Shown: positions 25,861 to 36,369 of the stretch, in pieces
How the letters are laid out: each line of letters starts with the position of its first letter
How positions within the stretch are numbered: position 1 is the first letter of the stretch
Source of the DNA: an uncultured Methanoregulaceae archaeon
Lineage (GTDB): Archaea; Halobacteriota; Methanomicrobia; Methanomicrobiales; Methanospirillaceae
Reading direction: 5' to 3'
Length of the DNA stretch: 64,000 bases
Assembly: GCA_963717525.1 (NCBI GenBank)
Contig: OY970343.1
Span: forward strand, 192,001 to 256,000
Made by a program: the position numbers and the translations under genes
The notes under the pieces: generated by a model
The model's database searches: none
What the model saw: only the letters and a program-made list of their open reading frames with translations
Told to the model about the DNA's origin: nothing

Positions 25861-26370
25861 ATGATAACTTTTCTGTGCGATCATTGTGGGAAGTGCTGTA
25901 CCAGTCTTGGGGCATATATCAGGATCGAGCGACAGCTCTCGGAGCAGGATTATTACTGCAAAAATGGCATCACCGGCGAGATATTCCCGGTGCATGTAGC
26001 ACCGGAATTTGCCGGTGAAATCGACGAGGACTTTACATCAGGTACCGCTGGTTCCCGACAGGGCTGCATCTTCCTGCGCAGGAACCCGGCAGGCCCGGGC
26101 TTTGTCTGTGCAATCTACCCGACCCGGCCCCGGCTCTGCCGGGAGTTCCGGTGTTACCACATGGTGATCTTCAATGCCCGGAGCGAGCCAGTGGGCCGGA
26201 TGGTCGGGAGAGCGGATATCCAGACTGCCGATCCCGTGCTTGCCCGGATCTGGAACGATGAGGTCAAACCCCTGCCCAGCCCGGCAACTCCCTGCTGTGA
26301 TCCAGCATGGTTGGAACGGGTCCGCGCGATCCTTACAGCGCATGGGTACCGGGAGGAGCCGGTGGGGTAA
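25861..26370 (+). CDS. YkgJ/CxxCxxCC cysteine-cluster protein
   Basis: FLCDHCGKCC, CIFL, CAIYPTRPRLCREF. Confidence 0.85.
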   Translation: MITFLCDHCGKCCTSLGAYIRIERQLSEQDYYCKNGITGEIFPVHVAPEFAGEIDEDFTSGTAGSRQGCIFLRRNPAGPGFVCAIYPTRPRLCREFRCYHMVIFNARSEPVGRMVGRADIQTADPVLARIWNDEVKPLPSPATPCCDPAWLERVRAILTAHGYREEPVG

Positions 26371-26434
26371 GGTTGGTGAAAAAAGTGTTCACCAGACAGC
26401 TGGCGTAACGGTGGATTCATTTTAAAATTTAATG

Positions 26435-26484
26435 AGGGCTCCCCGCCTCAGGGCCCCTCGCGGGGCACGGCGGGGCGAGGGAGG
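26435..26484 (+). repeat. GC-rich dispersed intergenic repeat, copy 1
   Basis: AGGGCTCCCCGCCTCAGGGCCCCTCGCGGGGCACGGCGGGGCGAGGGAGG closely matches the reverse complement of 58272-58317. Confidence 0.8.
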
Positions 26485-26716
26485 AGGTCTGCACAATTTT
26501 CCGGGAAAGCAAGAGTGCGAACCGCTTCTGCCCCGCGAAGCGGGGGACCATCACAACCCGCCAAAGCCCCATTTTGCCGACGTGCGGGGCTTGCGATGCG
26601 CCCCGCGGAAGGGCGGCGGTGGTGGCGACGGGCGTTTGTCGGTTTGTGTCAAGGACTTCAGCGAGTGGTTGTCGCCTGCTCCATCGGTCTGGTTAATAGA
26701 GATAAAAAAGAAAAAA

Positions 26717-29498
26717 TTACTCAATCACAATCGCTGGTTTGAACGGCAGGGCTGTTGCTCCCTTGGCGTGCTCGCTCGATTCCGCATCAGCGATATGGAC
26801 CGGCACGCTAAATTCGTGTTCGAGGAAAGCCTGTGCTGCTTCGAAGACCGCACGTTCATTCACCGATTCCTCTGCGAGCGGTGCGACCACCTGCGGGGGC
26901 AGGCGGTGGATGAGGGTGGTACACTGTTTTGCTGCATCAGTGGCCTCTTTGCCCCGCTTCTTCATCTCATCGTCCTTCATGATCTCCTTGATTACGGTAT
27001 TACGGTCGGTCGAACGGGCGATTGTCCTGAAGATCTCGTGCTTCCACTCCGGCGCGAGCACGATGGTGATCGATTTGGGCGTGATCTGGATCAGCTTCCT
27101 GATCGACTCGATGTCCTCCACCGTCCGGGCGAGGAGTTCCTCGGCAAGCTCTATCCTGGTGTTGACCAGTTTCTCATCCGCTACCGGCCACTCTGCAAAC
27201 GAGACCAGGTCCTTGCTGCCCATCTCCTTCCAGAGATGTTCGGCGGTAAAGGGGATAAACGGCGCAAGGAGCCGGGTCCAGACTGAGCAGAGGGTTGCAA
27301 GCTCCCTGCTCCCGTCGCAGCCCTCGGGCAGCCGGCGCCGGTACCATTTCAGGTCGGTCTCGATCCCGAACGAGGCCTCCTGGAGTGCCTGACGGGTCTG
27401 GAAGTTTTCCAGGACCGCGGTCATCTTTGCGATGTGCTCCTGGAGCCGGCTGATCAGCCAGCGGTCGATATCCTGCGGCTCGCCGCCGGCGTCCTGGATC
27501 TCCATGACTGTTGAGTAGAACCGCTCGATCTGCTTTTTCGTGGAGAGCACCAGTTCGTTTCTCCAGTCAAAGTCCTGCCAGGGCTCGGCGCTGCCGGTTA
27601 AAAACATCCTGACCGTGTCGGCGCCGAACTCGCTGACCGCATCTTCAAGGAGGAAGACGTTGCCTTTCGAGGACGACATCTTGGCGCCGTTTAAGAGGCC
27701 CATGCCAAAGACGACCATACCTTTCGGGAGCTTGTCTTTCGGGAAGATGGTGACGTGGTGAAAGATCTGGAAGGTGAGGTGGTTGGAGATGAGGTCCTTT
27801 GCCGAGAACCGGAAGTCGTACGGGTACCAGGTACAGGAACTCTTCCCGCATCGCGTCCAGTTTCTTCTTTTCGGGCAGATCCGGGGACTTCTTCCCGAGG
27901 AATATATAGTCGAAGACTGCAGGGGTGAGGAGTTTCGGGTCGATCTCACGGATTTTGTGGGCAATGGTATAATAAGCCATATAGACCGTCGAGTCGGAGA
28001 GCGGCTCGATCAGCTGGGCCGGGTCCCACGGGAACCGTGTACCAAGGCCGACACGCCGGGTGCAGGCCCAGTCCTTGAGCCAGCCGACCGTCCGGTCGAA
28101 CTCAGCACGGACCTCGGGCGGGACGAGCGCCATGTCTTTGAGGTGGTCACCTGCCTGCTGCTTCCATGCAGGATCGCTGTACTTCAGGAACCACTGGTCG
28201 TGGAGGATCTTGACTTTGACTTTGTTCCCGCACCGGCATATGACCGGACGGGTGTCAAACTCGTACATGACGACCGAATGGTACTTGTCGCACATCTCCT
28301 GCGCAACTTCCTCCCGTGCGACCCTGACGGGCTGTCCGCCATACTTCCCGAAAAGTTTTCCCTTCGAGAACTCTGCTGAGTAGATTTCTTGGGTGAGGGT
28401 GTCCATCCGGCTGTCCATCTGGTGTCGGATGCCGGCGCGCTCGACAGCGTCCTGCGCGGGAACTTCCCCGTACCCTTCGACCTTGATCAGCGGGATCGGT
28501 TTGATCTGCGTGTATTTTCCCTGCTGCTGGAGATCGCGGAGCGCGATGTAATCGAACGGTGCGTGTGCGGGCACACTCATAACCATCCCGGTTGCCATGT
28601 CGGGGTCGACAAAGTCGGCCGGGAGGATCGGGACGGTACCGCAGAGCGGGTGGGTGACGGTCTTGTCTACGAGGTCCTTTCCTTCGATCTCTTCTTGTAC
28701 CTCGACCGTGTGGTCCTGCAGCACGAGTTTTTCTGCTGCTTCCTTCGAGACGATCCATGGCTTTCCGTCAACGAGCGCCCTGACATACGTCACATTCGGG
28801 TTCGCCCAGAGGTTGGTGACCCCGTGGATCGTCTCGGGCCTGAGGGTGGCGGTGGGAATGAACGCGTCACCGTAGTGGAACATGACAAGCGTGAACTTGA
28901 TCACCTCAGCCTTGTCCCCCTCGAGAAGGTCGTGGTCGCCGACCGGGTTGTCATCGACCGTGCAGTACCGGACTGGGTGGGCCCCTTTAATCACGTGACC
29001 GGCCTCGTACAGGTGCTTCCACTGCCACTCGACGAACTTGCTGTAGGTCGGGTCGACCGTGATAAAGCGACGGCGCCAGTCAATCGAGAGACCGCACGAG
29101 GTCATTACGCGCTGGTACTCCGCAGCAAAATGCTTGACGATCGTCAGCGGTTCGGTAAATTCCGCAAGCACGTCCTGCGGGACCTTGTAGAGGTCGCGGT
29201 ACAGGTGGATAGTCTTTGGGTCGTTCCGTGCGATCCTTTTCGAGATGCCGACGACCGGTGCACCCGTGACATGGAATGCCATGGGAAAAAGCACCTGCCT
29301 GCCCCGCATCCGCCAGAACCGTGCGATCACATCGGGGACGATGTAAGTGCGGCCGTGGCCGACATGCATGGCGCCGCTCGGGTACGGGAACGCGACCGTC
29401 AGGTAAAATTTTTCACGATCTGAGGGGTTGGACTCAAACGCTCGTGCCCACTGGTCATGTGCTTCTTTTTCAAACTTGCCCAGGTCAAATTCGCTCAA
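26717..29498 (-). CDS. leuS: Leucyl-tRNA synthetase; +1 frameshift at ~27830
   Basis: [12 protein letters not shown] (HIGH), [14 protein letters not shown] and KMSSSKGN (KMSKS) lie in the second frame. Confidence 0.96.
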
Positions 29499-29551
29499 AA
29501 CCCTTCACCTTCTCCTCTCATTATGGGAATTTCTGCATTATATTACTCCGG

Positions 29552-31525
29552 TCATACCGGCCTCAGCTTGATGCTCTCGTTATTCTGGTACCGCCGGATC
29601 ATTTCCTGCGCTATACTTGAGTTCTTGGCAAGGCTGATCTCGCCGTTCTCGTTAACGGTTGCGGTGAAGAGGTACTCCTTGCCGGCAAAGACGTCCACGA
29701 TCTTGCCGCTCTGGTCCGGGGCGATTATCATGAGCTGTTTCTTATCGGTCTGGATTTTGATCCCGCCGCCAAGGGAAATCTCGCCCTCGGTTTTCACCGC
29801 CGGCTGGGCATGCTGCCGTTCAAGATCTGACCGGGGCTTGATGTCGATACCGATGCCGATCTTGTTGACAATGGCCGAGACGTTCTTGCCGCCCTTGCCG
29901 ATAGCTGCCGGGACATCCTTGTCATCGATGTATACAACCGCCTTGGTGTCGCTGATCATTTCGACATCGACGGCACCGTCCGTGTATCTCCCGATCTCGC
30001 GTTGGATCTCTTTCTCGTTAAGTTTCCAGCCGGGGCGATCTTCCGACGGTGCACGGGGGGTTGCGTCGGGGATGGATGCGAGGGAACTGCCCGGTCTGCT
30101 GGCCGGAGAGACCGGCTGGCCGCCGTTTTGGGACAAGGGTGCCTTTGCAACGGGCGCGGCAGGTGCTGCCGGGATACCGGTGAGCACCGGCATGACGATG
30201 GTCTGGCCGTCGTACCTGAAGACATCGAGCACAAGGCTGCCGGTCTCGGAGTCGGTCACGGTGGTCACGGGCCGGATGTGCATCTCGTTTCCCATGCCCT
30301 CGGGTACCTTTATGGTAAAACCGACATCGTAGATCTTCGTGACGACACCTTTTTCCAGGAACACGATGGTGTTGATGATCTGCGAGAGAACGGAGAAGTC
30401 CTCACGGTCGGAGAAGCGCTGGAGTGCGTCTTGGACGCTGTTTGCATGGATGACCCCGACCATGCCAAGGCCGGCAAGCCGCATGTCAGCAAAGACCGTA
30501 AAGTCCTCGTTCTTGCGCAACTCATCGAAGATGACAAAGTCCGGGCGAACCAGCAGGAGTACGTCAGCGGTGTTTGACATGCTGCCATCGAGCGTGGTGT
30601 ACTGCGTGATCTGGTCGGGTACCTGGAGTTCGCGGGGCGCCTCCATGGTCTTGACGACATACCCGCTGTCGGAGAGGTACGTCGCGATTCCCTGGGCAAG
30701 GGTGGTCTTTCCTGCACCGGGAGAGCCGGCGATGATGAGGCCTCTCTGGTTGGAGATAATCCGTTTCTTGATGACATCTGCCTTTGCGTAGTTGTCAAGG
30801 GTCACGTCAACAATGGGGCGGACTGCGGTGATCTCCATGCCGTCCGAGAACGGCCGGCGGGCGATCGCGATGCGCAGGGAACCGATCTGGACGACAGTGA
30901 TCCCGCGTTTCTCGATCTCGATAAATCCGTCGGGATCCCGTTTTGCCCGTTCGAGGATCTCCTGCGCGAGGTTGCGGAGCTCGTACTCGCTGACCGGCTG
31001 GTCGCGGATCTTCACGAGTTTCATGTCGTTGATGGTGCCCTTCTTTGCTGCAGGCGGGACCCGCTCTTTGAGGTAGACGGCGATCGTATGCTCGTCAAAG
31101 AACTGGTCGATCCCAAGAGGGACAAAATCAGTGATCTGGGGTTTGAGGTAGATGACGTCGAGCCCTTTTGCCCGCGCCACCTCGGCCTGCACGTTGTCGC
31201 TGGTGATGAACCGTGCAGCATTCTCAATGGCGATGTTTCGTATCATCGCGTCGATCTCGCCGCCACTTGCGAGCTTGACCTGCTCGAGCGTGGGGCGGAT
31301 GCCGGAGAACTTAAGTTCGATGGTCTTTTCCTCGGCCATCTTGCAGAGCGACTGGAGCTCATTGAGGCCCGAGAACCCGATCTCGCGCCCGTTATTTGCC
31401 TGGGCTTCGAGTTCTGCAATGACTGCCTCGGGGACGATTATTGTGGCTCCTTTGTATTCACCGGCTTTTATCATCGAGGTTATGCGCCCGTCGATGAGGA
31501 CGCTTGTATCTGGTACCAGTATCAT
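29552..31525 (-). CDS. PINA-type PIN-domain ATPase with KH domain
   Basis: VPDTSVLIDG PIN, GSPGAGKTT, FDELR, DMRLAG, AIGKGGKN KH motif. Confidence 0.9.
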   Translation of the reverse strand: MILVPDTSVLIDGRITSMIKAGEYKGATIIVPEAVIAELEAQANNGREIGFSGLNELQSLCKMAEEKTIELKFSGIRPTLEQVKLASGGEIDAMIRNIAIENAARFITSDNVQAEVARAKGLDVIYLKPQITDFVPLGIDQFFDEHTIAVYLKERVPPAAKKGTINDMKLVKIRDQPVSEYELRNLAQEILERAKRDPDGFIEIEKRGITVVQIGSLRIAIARRPFSDGMEITAVRPIVDVTLDNYAKADVIKKRIISNQRGLIIAGSPGAGKTTLAQGIATYLSDSGYVVKTMEAPRELQVPDQITQYTTLDGSMSNTADVLLLVRPDFVIFDELRKNEDFTVFADMRLAGLGMVGVIHANSVQDALQRFSDREDFSVLSQIINTIVFLEKGVVTKIYDVGFTIKVPEGMGNEMHIRPVTTVTDSETGSLVLDVFRYDGQTIVMPVLTGIPAAPAAPVAKAPLSQNGGQPVSPASRPGSSLASIPDATPRAPSEDRPGWKLNEKEIQREIGRYTDGAVDVEMISDTKAVVYIDDKDVPAAIGKGGKNVSAIVNKIGIGIDIKPRSDLERQHAQPAVKTEGEISLGGGIKIQTDKKQLMIIAPDQSGKIVDVFAGKEYLFTATVNENGEISLAKNSSIAQEMIRRYQNNESIKLRPV

Positions 31526-31800
31526 AAAATATTCTTCCTCCCATATAGTATGGTGTTGTATACTATTTGTTCAACGAATGGGTACGTTGATAGATAAAGA
31601 TATGCGGCGTTGGGGTTTATAAGGGGTTCGGGGGAGAGGGAAGACAGAATAATCCTCTTGTTCCGGTGAGTCAGGAATACCGTTTCTAAAATATATATTG
31701 AAATTATTTTGACGTTCAGGTTCAAAGTATCTCCGGAATCGTGCATTGCCTCCCGATGCGGAACATTTTCCCAATCGGTATACACGAATGAGCATCATAA

Positions 31801-32077
31801 AGTACACCGCCCGACCCCCTCACCCCCTACCCTGCTTTCTGCGCACAACCTGATACCCATTTTAGTCCTTCCGTCTCCACTCTAACGTCACAATGTTTCA
31901 GGAAAAGGATCAGGTCTGTGATCACAAATCATAGCCACATGTGTGATGGTTTCCTATAAGTACACCATCCGACCCCCTCCTATGCCTGAAAAAAATAAGA
32001 GTAAATTTCACCATTTTTACGATGAAAAAATGAAGAATTTTCAGGAAATATCAAAGGATGGGGTCGGACGGTGTACT
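31801..32077. repeat. Three copies of an 18-26 bp motif AGTACACC(G/A)(C/T)CCGACCCC, two direct and one inverted
   Basis: Copies at 31801-31820, 31959-31984 and inverted at 32052-32077; AT-rich spacer between the inverted pair. Confidence 0.85.
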
Positions 32078-32271
32078 CTGATGGGGGCATCCGGGGCCGC
32101 ATCACGACCAGGTGTGAACCCCTTCATCTGTCCCACGATGGGTGACATGGATAACTAGTTTTTCTCCTCCTTCTCCCCCCTGTTCACTGCAAATTTTTTT
32201 TCACTCATCGCCAGCATTATGGTGGCAAAAGAGGGAAGATCCTTTCATACACTAAAAGGAGGTGAGCGAGT

Positions 32272-32349
32272 ATGTTTGACTGGACTGCGTTCCTTAACAT
32301 TATCATCGCGATTCTCCAGGCCATTGTCCATGTACTGCCCGCAGCATAA
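32272..32349 (+). CDS. Putative 25-aa hydrophobic peptide MFDWTAFLNIIIAILQAIVHVLPAA
   Basis: AGGAGGTGA SD at 32257-32265 at normal spacing from the ATG; single amphipathic/TM helix; stem-loop after the stop. Confidence 0.6.
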   Translation: MFDWTAFLNIIIAILQAIVHVLPAA

Positions 32350-32703
32350 CGGGCATACGGGATCGTGGGGAACCGGATGGGTACTTCCTCCTCCGGTTAT
32401 TCGCGGGCAGGTATGAGGATGACAACCTCTCCTGCAAACTACCTTTCTCTTTCTCCTGTCTCCGGGAGATCACCACGCGTGCTGGTGAGCGTCGGTGCCA
32501 GTATGATTGGCCCCGGTCTTATGATCGTCCTGAAAGAAGCACTATTCACCATCCGGAATAAAAAAAGAAAATTCAATAAGCATGGCCAGCTGAGGTATTT
32601 AATCCTCAGAAACGAAAGGCATGCATCTCACGGTACCGTTTTTTAACGTGACACATACCGTGGGCCGCAAAAAAGTTGTAAAGGTCAGAAACGGGCGGTG
32701 AGA

Positions 32704-33334
32704 ATGTACGACAATAAAACGATGTCCCACGTGTAAGATGGACAACCCGGCGATCTACGACCGTTGCTTAAACTGCGGCACGCCCCTCCCCGAAATCACA
32801 CATCCGGGAATGGACCGGTACCTCCTCCCGGCGATCATCGTGGTCATGGTAGTTCTTGTCACCGGTTTCCTGATTATCCCCGCGCTCCACATCTCCATGG
32901 CGAGCGGAAGGGACCTTTCAACGGCGATAAACGGAGTTTCGGCAACTCCGACTCCGGTCCCCGAATATCAGATCAACCAGCCAGCCCGCGTTGGGGACCT
33001 CCAGGTCACCGTCACGGACACACGTCCCGGGGTGAATCAGTTCAACGACAAACGGTTTTACACGGTGACCCTGTCAGTACAGAATTTTAATTCCAACGAC
33101 ACATATACCCTCTCCGCAACCGATTTTACCCTTGCTGACGCCAGGGAAAACTATTATAGTTCTCTTGGGATCCAGTCGAAGCCCTCGTACGATGTACTCC
33201 CTGGTACAACCGGTGTGGTGGATCTGGTCTACATCGTCCCGCTGAGTGCGGACAAGTTGCGACTGCTGTATACGTTCCCGGCTTCCACCGCAGCGCCCGG
33301 ACAAAGCCAGACCGAAGTTGCCTTTGTCCTGTAA
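32704..33334 (+). CDS. Zinc-ribbon, TM and DUF4352-like extracellular domain protein; probable +1 slip at ~32707-32710
   Basis: CPTC...CLNCG, TM, VTLSVQN...DFTLAD...VLPG; the SD-preceded ATG at 32704 is one base out of frame with the ORF containing ATG 32738. Confidence 0.7.
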
Positions 33335-33454
33335 TGCCGGGCGCCAGGCACCGGCGATGAGGGGCATCTGTCCTAAAGATATATCGCATTTCTCCCTTGC
33401 GTGAGCCGGAAAAACAACAATGAACCTTTAATATCCGGTAACGAACCTTACTCC

Positions 33455-33838
33455 ATGCATGTCCGATCCGGTACTGTGATCCTGGTGGCCGGCGTACTCA
33501 TTCTGATGGTCGCGCTTCTCTTTGCCGCGGGCTGTTCCGGTTCGACCCCGCCATCCCCTCCCCCAACACCGGTCTATACCCCACAGACGACGATCCTTAT
33601 CGGGAGCGCCGGTGTCAATCCCCAGATCCTCGTAGTCAGCCGTGGGGTGACGGTCACGTGGCTCAACCTCGATATGGGGGTTCACATTATCACCTCTGAT
33701 GCCGCAGATCCCGATGCGTTCACCTCACCTCCCCTTACTACCAACCACCGGTACCAGTTCACGTTCACCATTCCGGGGACGTACGGATACCACAGCACGG
33801 ATAACCCGACGATAAAGGGGACGGTTATCGTCCAATGA
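33455..33838 (+). CDS. Cupredoxin-fold lipoprotein with degenerate copper ligands
   Basis: Lipobox FAAGC; VSRGVTVTWLN.D...H...FTFTIPGTYGYH...KGTVIV. Confidence 0.75.
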   Translation: MHVRSGTVILVAGVLILMVALLFAAGCSGSTPPSPPPTPVYTPQTTILIGSAGVNPQILVVSRGVTVTWLNLDMGVHIITSDAADPDAFTSPPLTTNHRYQFTFTIPGTYGYHSTDNPTIKGTVIVQ

Positions 33839-33936
33839 TGACCGGAAAACAAAAAAAATGAACGTGTTCTTTTTCCGCTCTTGTGATAAGGGGATTCTTA
33901 CATCCACTCTTCTCATGTGTCCCGGACAGGGACCAT

Positions 33937-34587
33937 CTACTTGATCTCGATCCTCTCGCCGGTCTCCATGTACTGGACATTCTCGGCCATCTTGCAGGCG
34001 TGATCGGCGCAGCGCTCCAGGTAACGGGCGATGATAATATAGTATGTTGCCTGCGTGATGGTTTTGGGATTCTCCATCATGTACGTGATCGCTTCGCGGA
34101 AGATGGAGTGGCGTAAAGCGTCGATTGCGTCGTCCCGTGCCGAAAAACCTTCGAGTTTTTTTATGTTCTCGGTCTCGTAGGCGGTGATAGCATCGTCGAT
34201 CATCGCGAGCACGTACTCTGACATGAGGGGAATACTCATCATGTTTGCTATATGGGGCCTTCCGGAAATTTCCTTTACGATCTTTGCCGTCGACTTACCA
34301 TATCTCCCGACCCGTTCTGATGCGGCGATGACCTTGAGGGAGCAGACGATTAGCCGCATGTCTTTTGCGACCGGTTGGTTCAGGGCAATCAGCTGGTAGC
34401 AGTTCTCCTCGAGCGCAACCGTCTTCTCCCGGAGCTGATCTTTCCTGGTTAATACCGTGGCCGCAAGCGCGGCATCCTGGTTGATGAACGCCTCCTGCGA
34501 ATCCTGCAGCATCGAGAAGGCATACCGGGCCATCCCCGAGACCGCTTTTTTGAGGTCTTTGAGTTCCGTGTGAAATTTGTCCGTCAT
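33937..34587 (-). CDS. phoU: Phosphate signalling protein PhoU
   Basis: ALNQPVAKDMR, ERVG, RYLERCADHA; follows pstB. Confidence 0.93.
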   Translation of the reverse strand: MTDKFHTELKDLKKAVSGMARYAFSMLQDSQEAFINQDAALAATVLTRKDQLREKTVALEENCYQLIALNQPVAKDMRLIVCSLKVIAASERVGRYGKSTAKIVKEISGRPHIANMMSIPLMSEYVLAMIDDAITAYETENIKKLEGFSARDDAIDALRHSIFREAITYMMENPKTITQATYYIIIARYLERCADHACKMAENVQYMETGERIEIK

Positions 34588-34596
34588 CTTCTCTCC

Positions 34597-35358
34597 TTAC
34601 CCGAACCGGCCGGTGATATAATTCTCGGTCAGGTCTTCTTTCGGGTGTTCGAAAATGTTTGTGGTCTTGTCAAACTCGATCAGCTTGCCAAGGTACATGA
34701 ACCCGGTGTAGTCACTGACACGGGCTGCCTGCTGCATATTGTGCGTGACAATAATGACCGTGTATTCCTCCTTGAGCATCTCGATGAGGTTCTCGATCTT
34801 TGCCGTTGCGATAGGATCGAGCGCAGAGCAGGGTTCGTCCATGAGGATCACTTCGGGTCCGACGGCAAGGGTGCGCGCGATGCAGAGCCGCTGCTGCTGG
34901 CCACCAGAGAGACCAAGGGCGGAATCGTTGAGCCGGTCCCGGACTTCGTCCCAGAGTGCGGCGTGGCGCAGGCTCTTTTCCACGATTGTGTCCAGTTCCT
35001 TCCGGTCATTGATCCCGTGGACCCGGGGGCCGTATGCGACATTCTCGTACACAGACTTGGGGAAAGGATTGGGCCGCTGGAAGACCATGCCGACCCGTTT
35101 TCGCAAGCCCACCACATCCATGCCGTTACAGAGCATGTCCTCGCGATCAAGGAGTAGTTCACCGGTGATCCTGACATGGCTGATGAGATCGTTCATCCGG
35201 TTGAAACACCGGAGCAGCGTTGATTTCCCGCACCCGGATGGCCCGATCAGTGCGGTGGTCTTCTTCTTTTCAATCTCCATGGTGATATCCTGGAGTGCAT
35301 GTTTCTCGTTATACCAGAGATTGAGGTTTTTCGTTGCAATAACAGTTGAATCGGACAT
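34597..35358 (-). CDS. pstB: Phosphate ABC transporter ATPase
   Basis: [39 protein letters not shown]. Confidence 0.96.
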   Translation of the reverse strand: MSDSTVIATKNLNLWYNEKHALQDITMEIEKKKTTALIGPSGCGKSTLLRCFNRMNDLISHVRITGELLLDREDMLCNGMDVVGLRKRVGMVFQRPNPFPKSVYENVAYGPRVHGINDRKELDTIVEKSLRHAALWDEVRDRLNDSALGLSGGQQQRLCIARTLAVGPEVILMDEPCSALDPIATAKIENLIEMLKEEYTVIIVTHNMQQAARVSDYTGFMYLGKLIEFDKTTNIFEHPKEDLTENYITGRFG

Positions 35359-35361
35359 TGA

Positions 35362-36369
35362 TTATCCCCGTGTCTTTTTTGCATAATGGTTCCGGATCAC
35401 GATCGCGACCGCGTAGAACGCCACGACCAGCATCAGGAGGACGAGCGCTGTCCCGTACTTGTTGGTCGAGGAGCCAGGTACATTGGTCGAGAGGATAAAG
35501 AGTTGGTACGGCAGTGCCATCACCGGTTGGAAGAGCGAGGTGGGCAGGAACCGCGTCGAAAAGACGACCGCGACAAACATGATCGGTGCAGTTTCGCCTG
35601 CCGCCCTGCCGATGGAAAGAATTGCGCCGGTTACGATCCCCGGGACTGCGGGTGGGATGACTACGTTACGGATCGTCTGCCACTGGGTTGCCCCAAGCGC
35701 GAGGCTGCCTTCGCGGAGGGATTGCGGAATATTCTTAAGAGACTCTTCCGTGGTACGGATCACAGTTGGCAGCACCATCAGCGCAAGGGTAATCATACCG
35801 GCTAAGAGAGAGACCCCGATGTCAAGGAAGAGCACAAGGAATGCAAAGCCAAAGAGGCCAAAGACGATTGAGGGTGTCCCGTTGAGGAGGTCGACACCGG
35901 TCCGGATCAGTTTTGTGATCCTCCCTTCCCTGGTATATTCGACAAGATAGACCGCAGCCCCGACACCCAAGGGGAGCGCAATCAGGATTGCGCCGGCGAC
36001 AAGGTACAGGGTACCGACAATCGCCGGGAAGATCCCGCCACTCCTGCCAAGATTCGTCGGCGGCTGCGTCAGGAACTCCCACGAGATCGCCGGCAGGCCG
36101 TTTATAATGATATAGCCGAGGATGATCGCAAGGATGGCAAGTACCGCAACAGCGGCCGCAACGACACAGCCAAAGGCGAAAAGCTCGATATGGCGCCGCG
36201 AGATCCGGTTCCTGCCATAATGCCAGACTGCTGCCACAAGGATGATGATGAGCGATGCCTCCCAGAGACTGATGGCAAGGAACAGGAGCGCAATGAAAAC
36301 AAGGACAGCGATCCGGGAATAGGGAAGAAGTTTCTCCTTGATCGCAAGAGAGCCGGGATATGAAGCCAT
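35362..36369 (-). CDS. pstA: Phosphate ABC permease PstA, probably the C-terminal half of a PstC-PstA fusion
   Basis: GGIFPAIVGT, PSIVFGLFG, EGSLALGAT, GRAAGETAP. Confidence 0.9.
   Translation of the reverse strand: MASYPGSLAIKEKLLPYSRIAVLVFIALLFLAISLWEASLIIILVAAVWHYGRNRISRRHIELFAFGCVVAAAVAVLAILAIILGYIIINGLPAISWEFLTQPPTNLGRSGGIFPAIVGTLYLVAGAILIALPLGVGAAVYLVEYTREGRITKLIRTGVDLLNGTPSIVFGLFGFAFLVLFLDIGVSLLAGMITLALMVLPTVIRTTEESLKNIPQSLREGSLALGATQWQTIRNVVIPPAVPGIVTGAILSIGRAAGETAPIMFVAVVFSTRFLPTSLFQPVMALPYQLFILSTNVPGSSTNKYGTALVLLMLVVAFYAVAIVIRNHYAKKTRG

Noticed and set aside
26432..27286. 284-aa ORF starting in the GC-rich intergenic region
   Set aside because: It reads through the repeat element and antisense into leuS
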